From Bacillota bacterium (GTDB lineage: Bacteria > Pseudomonadota > Gammaproteobacteria > Natronospirales > REEB76): a stretch of DNA of 64,000 nt. Under the pieces are notes generated by a model. That model was not told the DNA's origin, did no database searches, and saw nothing but the letters and a program-made list of their open reading frames with translations. The stretch spans positions 11,424-75,423 of the forward strand of contig JBLNDO010000030.1 of NCBI GenBank assembly GCA_050261675.1, written 5' to 3'. Of the stretch, positions 53,865 to 63,264 are shown one piece after another (the stretch's first letter is position 1; each line of letters starts with the position of its first letter). Made by a program: the position numbers and the translations under genes.

Positions 53865-55682
53865 TTAAGGCTCGCGTTCGGTGGCCGGGAGCCAGACATG
53901 CACCCGGGTCCCTCGTCCAACGCCTGATTCTATCGCGATTCGCCCGCCAGCGAGCCGCACCCGCTCCCGCATGCCCAGCACACCCAGGCTCTTCCCCGAG
54001 AGTGCGTGTTTGCGCGCAGCTTCGGGTTCGAAACCCCTGCCGTCGTCCCGCACCTGCATCTCCAGCGAATTCCCCTCCCGGGTCAGCGTCACCGTCACTT
54101 GGCGCGCCTCGGCGTGGCGCAACACGTTGGAGAACGCCTCCTGGAAAACGCGATAGGCGGTGTTCTCCACCACTGGCAGGAAGCGCGGCAGATTGTCGGG
54201 CAGACTCAGGTCGACCTTCAATTCGTTGCCGCCCGTCCGGGTACGCACCATCCAGCGCATCGCCGCCGCGAGCCCCAGATCGTCCAGCACGGAAGGGTGA
54301 AGGTCGAGGGATAGCTGACGCACCTGCTGTAGGAGTTTGGCCACGATCCCCGCCGATTCCGCCGCCTGCACCGAGAGCGGCCCCCCGCCCGCGTCCTTCT
54401 CGAGCTTCCCGAGGTTGAGGCGCGTGGCGGTCAAGGCCTGGCCCACCTCGTCGTGCAGTTCCCGGGCGATGGCGCGGCGCTCGGTCTCCTGAGCCTCCAG
54501 CAGCCGCTGCGACATCACCCGCATTTCCTCCTGGTGCTCGAGCTCGCGCGCCTCGGCGGCCTTGCGCTCGCTGATGTCGATGATGGACGCGAGCACGCGC
54601 CGCCCTTCGCCGGTCATAACCGGATTGAGGCCGATTTCCACGGGGAACTCCGTGCCGTCCCGGCGGAGCCCGAAGAGGTCGCGACCCTTGCCCATGGGCC
54701 GGCTCGTGGGCTCGCGGTGGAACCCGCTGCGCAGGGCCTCGTGGCCGTGACGCGATTTCATGGGTATGAGCATTTCCACAGGTTTGCCCAAGAGCTCCTC
54801 CCGCCGGTAGCGGAACATGCGCTCGGTTTCCGAATTGACCATGAGGATCGAGCCCCGCTCATCCACCATCAACATGGCATAGGGTGCGCCTTCCACCATC
54901 GCCCGGAACAACTCCTCCGCGCGGGCGCGCTCGGTGACGTCGCGCACCGTGGACTGGATGTCGCCGCTCGGGAGCCGCTTGACGCTGACTTCTACGCTGA
55001 GCACATGACCGCCCTTGTGCAGCATGCGTTTGTGCAAATGCACGCCAGCGCCACTCTCAAGGCGCTGCACCTGTTCCACGGTCTCGGCGTCCTCCGGGTG
55101 CACCAGGTCGCGGATGCCCATCTTGAGCAGTTCTTCGCGGCTGTAACCCAGCATCTGGCAAAGCGCAGCGTTCACGTACATCAATTCACCGGATTGGCGG
55201 CGCAGCAGGATGCCTTCCTGGGCCTGTTCCACCAATTCCTGGTAGCGCTGTTCGCTTTCGGCACGGGCGCGTTCCGCGGTCTTGCGGTCGCTGATGTCCA
55301 CCACCACCGACTGCAGATTGCCGCCCACCAGGCGCTGGGTGACGTACTGCACCTCGCGCACGGCCCCGCCCTTGCACTTCATGAGGGTCTCGATGCGGGT
55401 GGATTCGCCGGGCTTCAGCGCCGCCACCTTGTCCAACACCGTTGGATCCACCACCATGTCGCGGGCCTTGAGCTTGAGCAATTCTTCGCGCGAATAGCCG
55501 GTCATCCTGCAATACGCCTCGTTGACGATCAGCAACTGGCCGTCGGGGCGTCGTACCACGAAGCCGGTGATGGCCTGCTCAATCAGCTGTGCATAGCGCT
55601 GCTCGCTCTCCTCGAGGCGCACGGCGACATACCGGCCCGACCAGCCTGGGAACAGCTTCGCCAGAAACGAGCTAGCACTCAT
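53865..55682 (-). CDS. cytoplasmic triple-PAS sensor histidine kinase (HisKA_3/NarX-type)
   Basis: ATG 55682. Three PAS repeats ('SEQRYQELVEQAQEGI..' type), H-box 'ARELHDEVGQALTA' and an HATPase 'VRDDGRGF...GMRERV'. No TM segment. Confidence 0.85.
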   Translation of the reverse strand: MSASSFLAKLFPGWSGRYVAVRLEESEQRYAQLIEQAITGFVVRRPDGQLLIVNEAYCRMTGYSREELLKLKARDMVVDPTVLDKVAALKPGESTRIETLMKCKGGAVREVQYVTQRLVGGNLQSVVVDISDRKTAERARAESEQRYQELVEQAQEGILLRRQSGELMYVNAALCQMLGYSREELLKMGIRDLVHPEDAETVEQVQRLESGAGVHLHKRMLHKGGHVLSVEVSVKRLPSGDIQSTVRDVTERARAEELFRAMVEGAPYAMLMVDERGSILMVNSETERMFRYRREELLGKPVEMLIPMKSRHGHEALRSGFHREPTSRPMGKGRDLFGLRRDGTEFPVEIGLNPVMTGEGRRVLASIIDISERKAAEARELEHQEEMRVMSQRLLEAQETERRAIARELHDEVGQALTATRLNLGKLEKDAGGGPLSVQAAESAGIVAKLLQQVRQLSLDLHPSVLDDLGLAAAMRWMVRTRTGGNELKVDLSLPDNLPRFLPVVENTAYRVFQEAFSNVLRHAEARQVTVTLTREGNSLEMQVRDDGRGFEPEAARKHALSGKSLGVLGMRERVRLAGGRIAIESGVGRGTRVHVWLPATEREP

Positions 55683-55812
55683 GGGGTTGCGAAACTGAAC
55701 TGCGCGAGCAAGACAAAACAAGGGCGTGCCGCATGCGGCACGCGACCGAACAAGGATGTCCGGGCTGGACATAACGCCATGGACGGATCAGTGCATCCAT
55801 GTTCGAAAGAAT

Positions 55813-55886
55813 TGGAGCGGGTGATGGGAATCGAACCCACGTTATCAGGTTGGGAACCTGAAGTTCTACCATTGAACTACACCCGC
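55813..55886 (-). tRNA. tRNA-Gly (anticodon CCC), CCA encoded
   Basis: Hand-folded: GCGGGTG/CACCCGC acceptor, TCAGG-TTCCCAA-CCTGA anticodon arm, GTGGG-TTCGATT-CCCAT T-arm, TCCA end. 74 nt. Confidence 0.9.
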
Positions 55887-55990
55887 GTGAGAAAGCCATT
55901 CTAGCCGGGCTCCCCCGACTGTCAAACCATGGCAAATCCCGCCCTCCCGCTTGCGGTAAAATTGCTCCTTCCACCCTCCTTCTGTGGCCC

Positions 55991-56191
55991 ATGCAGATCC
56001 TCTTGAACGGCGCCGCGACCGAACTGCCTCCGGGCCTCACCGCCCGGGAGCTGGTTGAACGCCTGGAACTCGCAGGCTCGCGCATCGCCATGGAAGTGAA
56101 CGGCGAGATCGTGCCGCGCAGCACTTACGCCGTGCACAAGATCGTGGATGGAGACAAAGTGGAAATTGTTCACGCAATCGGTGGGGGCTGA
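55991..56191 (+). CDS. thiS: sulfur carrier protein ThiS
   Basis: 66 aa ending in '[10 protein letters not shown]' (C-terminal GG). It lies immediately upstream of thiG. Confidence 0.9.
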   Translation: MQILLNGAATELPPGLTARELVERLELAGSRIAMEVNGEIVPRSTYAVHKIVDGDKVEIVHAIGGG

Positions 56192-56195
56192 GTCC

Positions 56196-57005
56196 ATGAA
56201 TACCGTTTCCAAACCCTACCTTGCCGACGCCGATAGTTTCACGGTGGCCGGGCGGCAATACCGCTCCCGGCTGTTGATTGGTACCGGAAAATATAAGGAT
56301 ATGGACGAGACCCGCCGCGCCGTGGAGGCGAGCGGTGCCGAGATCGTCACCGTGGCGGTGCGCCGCAGCAACCTCGGCCAGAAGAAGGGCGAACCGAACC
56401 TGCTGGACGTGCTGCCGCCCTCCAAGTACACCATTCTCCCCAACACCGCCGGCTGCTACAGCGCCGAGGAGGCGGTGCGTACCTGCCGCCTGGCGCGGGA
56501 ACTCCTGGACGGCCACAAGCTGGTGAAATTGGAAGTGCTGGGCGACGAGAAAACCCTCTATCCCGACGTGACCGAAACGCTCGAGGCGGCGGCGACCCTG
56601 GTGAAGGAAGGCTTCGAGGTGATGGTGTACACCACCGACGACCCGCTGGTGGCCAAGCGCCTGGAGGAACTGGGCTGCGTAGCGGTGATGCCTTTGGGCG
56701 CGCCCATCGGCTCGGGACTAGGGCTGCGCAACCCCTACAACATCCTCACCATCGTCGAGCAGGCACGCGTGCCCATCTTGGTGGACGCCGGCGTAGGCAC
56801 GGCGTCGGATGCCGCCATCGCCATGGAGCTCGGCTGCGACGGCGTGCTCATGAACACCGCCGTGGCCTTGGCCAAGGACCCGGTGCTGATGGCCTCCGCC
56901 ATGAAGAAGGCCATCGAGGCGGGCCGCGAGGCCTATCTCGCCGGCCGCATCCCGAAGAAGCGCTTCGCCTCCGCCTCCTCGCCGCTCGACGGTCTCTTCT
57001 TCTGA
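56196..57005 (+). CDS. thiG: thiazole synthase ThiG
   Basis: ATG 56196. '[13 protein letters not shown]', '[14 protein letters not shown]', '[13 protein letters not shown]' and '[12 protein letters not shown]'. Confidence 0.9.
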   Translation: MNTVSKPYLADADSFTVAGRQYRSRLLIGTGKYKDMDETRRAVEASGAEIVTVAVRRSNLGQKKGEPNLLDVLPPSKYTILPNTAGCYSAEEAVRTCRLARELLDGHKLVKLEVLGDEKTLYPDVTETLEAAATLVKEGFEVMVYTTDDPLVAKRLEELGCVAVMPLGAPIGSGLGLRNPYNILTIVEQARVPILVDAGVGTASDAAIAMELGCDGVLMNTAVALAKDPVLMASAMKKAIEAGREAYLAGRIPKKRFASASSPLDGLFF

Positions 57006-57008
57006 AAC

Positions 57009-57686
57009 ATGTCCGCGACTGAACCGCGTCGCGTGCGAAGTTTCGTACTGCGGCAAGGCCGCATGACGGCGGGCCAGGCGCGCGCGCTCAAGGAACTGCT
57101 CCCGCGTTACGGCGTGCCCGAAGGTGCCATCGACCTGCGCGCCCTGTTCGGCCGCGATGCGCCGCTCACCCTCGAGATCGGCTTCGGGGACGGCCACAAC
57201 CTGGCGGAACTGGCGCGGCGCCACCCGGAACGGGACTTCCTCGGGGCGGAGGTGCATCGCCCCGGCGTCGGCCGCCTGCTGCTCACGCTCGAATCGGACG
57301 GGCTGAAGAACGTGCGCGTCATCCCGGAAGATGCCGTCATGGTGCTCAAGGGCCGCTTGCCGGACACCTGCCTGGACGCGGTGCTCATCTATTTCCCGGA
57401 TCCCTGGCCCAAGAAGCGCCACCACAAGCGCCGCCTGCTGCAAGCCGAATTCGCGGAACTCCTGGCCCGGAAACTCAAACCCGGCGGCCGCGTACACCTC
57501 GCCACCGACTGGGAGGACTACGCCCACCACGCGCTCGCGATTCTCGCCGCCGCTCCCGAGTTCGAGAACACCGCCACCTCCGGCGGCTGCGTGCCGCGCC
57601 CCGCGGAGCGCCCCGAAACCAAGTTCGAACGCCGCGGCGTGAAACTCGGCCACGGCGTATACGACCTGGTCTTCCGGCGCCGCTAG
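57009..57686 (+). CDS. trmB: tRNA (guanine46-N7)-methyltransferase TrmB
   Basis: 'LEIGFGDGHNLAELA', 'FLGAEVHRPGV' and 'YFPDPWPKKRHHKRRL'. Confidence 0.9.
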   Translation: MSATEPRRVRSFVLRQGRMTAGQARALKELLPRYGVPEGAIDLRALFGRDAPLTLEIGFGDGHNLAELARRHPERDFLGAEVHRPGVGRLLLTLESDGLKNVRVIPEDAVMVLKGRLPDTCLDAVLIYFPDPWPKKRHHKRRLLQAEFAELLARKLKPGGRVHLATDWEDYAHHALAILAAAPEFENTATSGGCVPRPAERPETKFERRGVKLGHGVYDLVFRRR

Positions 57687-57758
57687 CCAGCGGCTATTGC
57701 AGGCCCCGGGCGCATCTTCTAGGCTGTCTCCCCCTTCCTGGCATAATCGTGGACGTCC

Positions 57759-58571
57759 ATGGCCACGGCTGAGATGCAGTCAAGCCGCTTCGGCGCGATC
57801 GTCGGCTGGACCGGACGTCGCACGCTGTCGGTGGGCGGCTATGTGCTCGACCTCAGCCTGTTTGTGGCGCATGCGTTCCGCGACTGGGCGCGCAGCGGCC
57901 GGGTATTCAACCGCGCCACCCTGCAGACGCTCTACGGCCAGGTGATCTTCACCGGCGTGGATGCCCTGCCGCTGGTCACCTTCCTCGGCCTCGCGGTGGG
58001 CCTCAGCATCACCTCGCAAATGTTGAAGCTCGCCACCGCCTTGGGCAGCGAGAGCGACGTGGCGAGACTGCTCACGAACATCGTCGGCGTGGAACTGTCT
58101 TCCATCCTCACCGCCATCGTGCTCATTGGCCGCTCGGGCTCGGCCATCGCCGTGGACCTGGGGTCCATGAAGTTGCGCGGCGAGGTGGAGGGCCTGGAGC
58201 TCCTCGGGATCGACGTCAACGAATTCTTCGTCACCCCGCGCATCATCGGTGCCGCGGTGGCGCAATTCACCCTGGCGGTGTATTTCGCGCTGATCGCGCT
58301 CTTCGGCGGCGTGTTCCTCAACGACCTTCTTACCCCCGGCAGCAGCACCCACCAGCTGGCGAAACTGGCGGAAGCCATCGGCCCCGAGCAGACGATCCTG
58401 TTCATGATCAAGAACCTCCTGTTCGGCGTCATCATCGCCGGCACCGCCTGTTACCACGCTCTCAAGGTGCGCACCTCGACCACCGAAGTGCCGCAGCAGA
58501 CGCAGCGCGCCATCGTCACCGGCCTGGTGCTGGTGTTCGCCACCGACGGCATCCTAGCGATCGTGGCATGA
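57759..58571 (+). CDS. MlaE-family ABC transporter permease
   Basis: 270 aa. 'LYGQVIFTGVDALPLVTFLGLAVGLSI' and 'GRSGSAIAVDLGSMKLRGEVEGLELLGID' are MlaE/Ttg2B-type motifs. Confidence 0.8.
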   Translation: MATAEMQSSRFGAIVGWTGRRTLSVGGYVLDLSLFVAHAFRDWARSGRVFNRATLQTLYGQVIFTGVDALPLVTFLGLAVGLSITSQMLKLATALGSESDVARLLTNIVGVELSSILTAIVLIGRSGSAIAVDLGSMKLRGEVEGLELLGIDVNEFFVTPRIIGAAVAQFTLAVYFALIALFGGVFLNDLLTPGSSTHQLAKLAEAIGPEQTILFMIKNLLFGVIIAGTACYHALKVRTSTTEVPQQTQRAIVTGLVLVFATDGILAIVA

Positions 58572-59311
58572 GCGAAGCCCCACTCATCGAAGCGGAAGAC
58601 CTGAAGCCGATGCGCGAGGACGGCAGCGCCTTCCAGCACGGCCTCAGCTGCCGCATCCCCGGCGGCCGCGTGGTCTGCCTGGTGGGCCCCAACGGCAGCG
58701 GCAAGACCGCGTACCTGCGCGCGCTCGCGGCGGTGGATCCGCCGGCCGGGGGCCGGCTGAAACTCTTCGGACAGGAAGCATCGCGGCTCGGTCCGGAATC
58801 GCGGCGCGCGATGCGCCTCAAGGCGGCGTTCATCGCCGAAGGCGCCCCGCTGCTGTCGGTGGTGTCGGGCCTTTCCAACGTCACCCTGCCGGCCATGTAC
58901 CACCGCCTGGGCCACGCCCTCGAGATCCGCGCCAGCGCCGAGGAGACGCTCAAGTTCCTCCATTATCCGGGGCGTGACGACCTGCTTCCCGCCTACCTCA
59001 ACCAGCACGAGCGCCTCTTGCTCGCCATCGCCCGCTGCCTCATGCTGTCGCCCCAGCTGATGTTCCTGGACGAGCCCTTCCACATGACCGACAGTGCCTG
59101 CCGGTCGCGGGAGTCGGACATCTACGTCAGGCTCGCGAAGGAGCGGGGTCTCGGGGTGCTGATCGCCACCCACAACCTGGGATTCGTGAAGCGCCACGCC
59201 GAGGAGATACTCTTCCTGCATCCGTCCGGCACGGCGCGTTTCGCGGGTTGGAAACCGTTCGTGGAATCAGGCCGCGCCGAGGTGAACGCCTTCCTCGACA
59301 TGGCGGCATGA
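58568..59311 (+). CDS. ABC transporter ATP-binding protein (MlaF-like) with degenerate signature motif
   Basis: Walker A 'GPNGSGKT' and Walker B 'LMFLDEP', but the LSGGQ position reads 'LNQHE'. The ATGA start overlaps the permease stop. Confidence 0.8.
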   Translation: MSEAPLIEAEDLKPMREDGSAFQHGLSCRIPGGRVVCLVGPNGSGKTAYLRALAAVDPPAGGRLKLFGQEASRLGPESRRAMRLKAAFIAEGAPLLSVVSGLSNVTLPAMYHRLGHALEIRASAEETLKFLHYPGRDDLLPAYLNQHERLLLAIARCLMLSPQLMFLDEPFHMTDSACRSRESDIYVRLAKERGLGVLIATHNLGFVKRHAEEILFLHPSGTARFAGWKPFVESGRAEVNAFLDMAA

Positions 59312-59319
59312 GGTTAAGC

Positions 59320-60264
59320 ATGGCCGAGAAAGAGCAAGTCCACTACATCCACCGCTTGAACTACACGGCGCGCGAGCGCCTGGTTGGGATCTTCGTGCTC
59401 GTGGCCGTCGCGATCCTGGTCTTCATCCTTTCCTACAACGAGCAGACTCGGCTGTTCTTCGCACCCAAGTTCCGTGTCCACGCCTACATCACCGACGCCA
59501 CCGGCGTCAGCACCGACACCCCGGTGATGGCCTACGGCCTGAACATCGGCAAGGTGACCCGGCTCAGCCTGAGTGAGAACAATCGCATCATGGTTACCAT
59601 GGAGATTCTGCAAAAATTTCACCGGCTGGTACGCACCGATTCTACCGCCGAGATCAGTAAGCTCTCGGTGATCGGCAACGCCGCAATCACCATCAAGCCG
59701 GGTTCCACCGACAAGCCCATGGTGACCAACGATGCGGAGATACCGCTGACCCAACCCATGTCTATGGATCAGATGATGAGCCAGATATCGCCGGTGCTGG
59801 ATAACGTGAAATCCACCCTGGCCCAGGTCAACCAGTTGAGCCACGCCATCGACCCCAAGGACCTGAACGCGCTGGTCAAGAACCTGGCGGTGGTGAGCGG
59901 GAACCTCAAGAACATCACCGGCCAAGTGGCGGATTCCCACGCGGTGGAGGACCTGGCGGCAACCCTGAAGGAGACGAAGGATCGCGTGGCGGAGCTGCAA
60001 CCGCTCATCAAGAACGCCAACGCCGCCTCGGCGGACATGCCGGAACTCCTGGCCCAGACCCGCAAACTGGTGACCCAACTCAACACCACCATGGGTACGG
60101 TGAACTACCAGATGCAGGCCCTGCCCGACATGGTGACCCGCACCCGTCAGGTGCTGGACCAGGTGGATACCACCCTGCAGGCGGTGCAGAACACCTGGCC
60201 GATTTCCTCGTCCGTGGCGAAGAAGCCCACGGAGACCCTCACCCCCGTGCAGCCGCCACCTTAA
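59320..60264 (+). CDS. MlaD/MCE-domain substrate-binding protein
   Basis: ATG 59320 (GAGG RBS; alternative ATG 59308). A TM anchor is followed by the MCE domain 'VHAYITDATGVSTDTPVMAYGLNIGKVTRLSL' and a long helical C-terminus. Confidence 0.8.
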   Translation: MAEKEQVHYIHRLNYTARERLVGIFVLVAVAILVFILSYNEQTRLFFAPKFRVHAYITDATGVSTDTPVMAYGLNIGKVTRLSLSENNRIMVTMEILQKFHRLVRTDSTAEISKLSVIGNAAITIKPGSTDKPMVTNDAEIPLTQPMSMDQMMSQISPVLDNVKSTLAQVNQLSHAIDPKDLNALVKNLAVVSGNLKNITGQVADSHAVEDLAATLKETKDRVAELQPLIKNANAASADMPELLAQTRKLVTQLNTTMGTVNYQMQALPDMVTRTRQVLDQVDTTLQAVQNTWPISSSVAKKPTETLTPVQPPP

Positions 60265-60267
60265 TCC

Positions 60268-61197
60268 ATGCGCCTAGCCGCACCCATCCTTTTCGCGCTC
60301 CTCGTAGCCGGCTGCGGCAGCCGCCCGGTGCAGCCGCCCGCGCCGGTCACGGCCACCAGCACCTTCATGGCCAACGCCATGACGGCCTACCAGGACAACC
60401 GCTATGTGGAAGCGCGCGCATTCTTCGGCCGCGCGCTGGTGCTCTACCGCAGCGTGGACGAGCTGAACGGACAGGCGGAGGCGCTCATCGACATGGCCGA
60501 TTGCGCGCTGCTGCAGGGGGACGTGCCGGCGGCCCGGGCCAACCTCGCCGAGGTACGAAGCCTCGCCACCGATCATAAGTTCCTGGCGCCGCTCCTGCCT
60601 CGGGTGACGCTGCTCGACGCTTACGCGGACCTGCAGGCCCCGGACCCGGCTGCGGCATCGGCCAAGCTCGACGGAATTCTCAACGACCCCGCCGCGCCGG
60701 CCGAGGTGAAGAGCGCCGCGCTCTTCGCCCGCACCCAGGCGGCCTTTGACCAGAAGGCTGGCGATGCGGCCCAGTGGCTGGCTAAGCTCAACGCCGCAGA
60801 AACCGGCAGTAAGGATCCGCTGACCGCGGCGCGCTTGGAACGCCTGCAGGCGAAGGCGGAAAGCGATGCCATCAAGGCTTCGGCGCTCTATGCCGACGCC
60901 TTGTCGCGCTATCAGGCCGCCTATTACCGTCCCGGCATCGCCGCCACCCACGAGGAATGGGGTGGATTGCTGCTCGCCCGCGCGGATTGGCCCGGCGCCC
61001 GCGACCACCTCTACCGGGCCCTGCAGGCGCGGCTGTGGATGTACGACAGCGCCGATTCCCTGCGCGACCTGCAAGGCCTTTCCCAGGCGGACCAAGCGCT
61101 TGGCAACGCCGATGCTGCGAAACAGGATGCCGCTTTAGCACAGTACTTGAAGGACGGAGGGGATCCGTCTCAACCATTACCGCCAGCAAAACCCTAG
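60268..61197 (+). CDS. lipoprotein with TPR-like helical repeats (Mla-like operon accessory?)
   Basis: Lipobox 'LLVAGC|G'. Ala/Leu-rich TPR-like repeats ('AYQDNRYVEARAFFGRALVLY'). It starts 3 nt after the MCE gene stop. Confidence 0.65.
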   Translation: MRLAAPILFALLVAGCGSRPVQPPAPVTATSTFMANAMTAYQDNRYVEARAFFGRALVLYRSVDELNGQAEALIDMADCALLQGDVPAARANLAEVRSLATDHKFLAPLLPRVTLLDAYADLQAPDPAAASAKLDGILNDPAAPAEVKSAALFARTQAAFDQKAGDAAQWLAKLNAAETGSKDPLTAARLERLQAKAESDAIKASALYADALSRYQAAYYRPGIAATHEEWGGLLLARADWPGARDHLYRALQARLWMYDSADSLRDLQGLSQADQALGNADAAKQDAALAQYLKDGGDPSQPLPPAKP

Positions 61198-61222
61198 GCT
61201 TCAATCTTCTGGAGTCATTACC

Positions 61223-61852
61223 TTAAGAAAAAAATCCCGCCCGCACCCCGTCCATCACGAATTGCACGGCCAAGGCGGCCAAAATCACGCCGAACAGCCG
61301 GTCCATGACATTGGCGCCGGTCTCGCCCAGGAGCTTCATTAGCCGGCCTGCCGACAGGAGGCACACCAGCGTCAGCGCCAGCACCGCGAGCAGTACGCCG
61401 ATCATGGCGGCGAAGTACAGCGCATGCCCGCGGCTCTCGCCCACCATCAAGAGTAGCGTGGTGAGCGCGCCCGGGCCCGCGATCAGCGGGAACGCCAGCG
61501 GGAACACCGAGATGTCCTCCTTGTGGCGCGCCTCTTCCTGCTCGCGCCCGGTGGCGGATCGCCCGCCCGACTGCCGGGCGAACACCATGTCCATGGCGAT
61601 CAGGAACAACAGCACGCCGCCCGCGATCTTGAAGGCCGGCAGGCTGATGCCCAGCGTGGTCAGGAGCCAGTCGCCGATGAAGGCGAACACCAGCAGGATG
61701 GCCGCGGCCAGGGCCGTGCCCTTCAACGCCATGCGGCGGCGGTGCAGCTCCCCGCCGCCACGGGTGAGCGCGCCGAACATGGGCGTGACGCCGACGGGGT
61801 CGATGACCACCAGCAGCACCACGAACATGTTAAAAATCTTCTCGAGTGTCAT
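61223..61852 (-). CDS. MarC family (UPF0056/NAAT) membrane protein
   Basis: 'FVVLLVVIDPVGVTPMFGALT' and 'ISVFPLAFPLIAGPGALTT'. Confidence 0.85.
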   Translation of the reverse strand: MTLEKIFNMFVVLLVVIDPVGVTPMFGALTRGGGELHRRRMALKGTALAAAILLVFAFIGDWLLTTLGISLPAFKIAGGVLLFLIAMDMVFARQSGGRSATGREQEEARHKEDISVFPLAFPLIAGPGALTTLLLMVGESRGHALYFAAMIGVLLAVLALTLVCLLSAGRLMKLLGETGANVMDRLFGVILAALAVQFVMDGVRAGFFS

Positions 61853-62092
61853 GTGCGCCGAAAAACGAGGGTTTACACCGGGCTACGCGCTTTTTGTGAA
61901 CGCGGTCTCACCGTGGAGCAATTTCTCCGCCGGGGAGGCTTGCAAGCGCCCCGTTCTGGTTCTATAACAATATCGAACGCAGCCCGGCTGCGGCCACAAC
62001 AACAAAGACACGGGAGTTCCCGCGCTCACCAAACCGCCGCCGTGCCGTCCGCGAGGCATGGTAACAACCTTTTGGGCCGGGGGCCCACTGTC

Positions 62093-62401
62093 ATGGAAAG
62101 CATGATGGAACAAGAGCCGGCAGACCCGCCCAGGGTGGGCGAGTGGTACGCCGACCCCCAGGGAGCCCTGTTCGAGGTGGTGGCCATAGACCAGGACGAC
62201 GGCACGGTGGAAGTGCAGTACTTCGACGGCACCGTGGAAGAGCTGGAAGCGGACTCCTGGGAGGAGATGCGGCCCAAGCCCACCGATCCGCCGGAAGACT
62301 GGTCCGGGTCTCTCGACATGGACCGCGAGGATTACGGCGTAGATCTCGATGACGGCGATCGCAGCATGTGGGCGAATCCTCTCGACGGCTTCGATCGCTG
62401 A
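62093..62401 (+). CDS. small acidic protein, function unknown
   Basis: ATG 62093 inside ORF 61523..62401. The 102-aa product is rich in Asp/Glu ('VEVQYFDGTVEELEADSWEEM'). Confidence 0.55.
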   Translation: MESMMEQEPADPPRVGEWYADPQGALFEVVAIDQDDGTVEVQYFDGTVEELEADSWEEMRPKPTDPPEDWSGSLDMDREDYGVDLDDGDRSMWANPLDGFDR

Positions 62402-62412
62402 AAGATAATTCT

Positions 62413-62769
62413 TTAGGCCGGCTCCGGCCCGTACACCACCACCTCTCCCTCTTCCACCGCAACCGGCAGCGGCGTGAGCGCCCGGCCGAGACAGGCGCCG
62501 GCCACGCATAGGCCGTCCTGCGGGTCGAACAGCGCACCGTGGCCCGAGCACATGATCAGCGTGTGATCGCGGGTCAGGAAAGCGTCCGGCTTCCAATTGA
62601 GGAAGCGCCCCGCGTGGGGGCAAACGTTGCGGTAGGCGTAGACCTTGCCGTACCAGTGCACCAGGAACCATTCGTCCGGGAACTGGGCGCCCGGGAACGA
62701 GAAGCCACGTGCCCCGGGGTCCGGGACCTCCTCCAAGCGGCAGATGACGTGGCGTTGGGGTTCAGGCAT
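62413..62769 (-). CDS. Rieske [2Fe-2S] domain protein
   Basis: 118 aa with 'CPHAG' and 'CSGHGALF' cluster-binding boxes. Confidence 0.85.
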   Translation of the reverse strand: MPEPQRHVICRLEEVPDPGARGFSFPGAQFPDEWFLVHWYGKVYAYRNVCPHAGRFLNWKPDAFLTRDHTLIMCSGHGALFDPQDGLCVAGACLGRALTPLPVAVEEGEVVVYGPEPA

Positions 62770-62850
62770 GTGATGCGGTCCGGCAACTCGCTTGCCCTCG
62801 ACAGGCGCTTTCTTCTATTGTCGGCATTCCCCGAGGAAGCGGATGCGCCG

Positions 62851-63264
62851 ATGTTCGCCACGCCCGATGAAGCGGAGAACGCATTCTACACCGCCTTCGC
62901 CGACGGCGACCTCGACGCCATGATGGGCGTGTGGCTCGACAGCGATACCGTGATCTGCGTCCACCCGGTGGGGCCGCGCATCAGCGGCCAGCGTGCGGTG
63001 CGCGCGGGCTGGAGCGAGTTGTTCAGGAACGGCGGCGGCCTGCGCTTCCGGCTCGCGGAGGTGAGCCGCGTCCAGGACGCGTTGCTCTCCATCCACGTGC
63101 TGCACGAATACATCACCGTACCCGGCGAATCCGCCGAACGGCCGGCGACGGTGGCCACCAACATCTACCAGCTGACCAAGGACGGCTGGCGCATGATCCT
63201 GCACCACGCCTCGCCCGTCGCAAGCCAGCTCCGGAACGAGAAGCCCGGCGCCAAGCTGCATTAA
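62851..63264 (+). CDS. SnoaL-like / NTF2-fold (DUF4440-type) protein
   Basis: ATG 62851. 'AENAFYTAFADGDLDAMMGVWLDSDTVICVHP' and 'TNIYQLTKDGWRMILHHAS'. Confidence 0.7.
   Translation: MFATPDEAENAFYTAFADGDLDAMMGVWLDSDTVICVHPVGPRISGQRAVRAGWSELFRNGGGLRFRLAEVSRVQDALLSIHVLHEYITVPGESAERPATVATNIYQLTKDGWRMILHHASPVASQLRNEKPGAKLH

Noticed and set aside
55887-55990. TPP (THI-box) riboswitch upstream of thiS.
   Set aside because: I could not find the conserved CUGAGA and ACCUGAUCUGGAUAAUGCCAGCG-like elements in the 104-nt leader. An Rfam scan would settle it.
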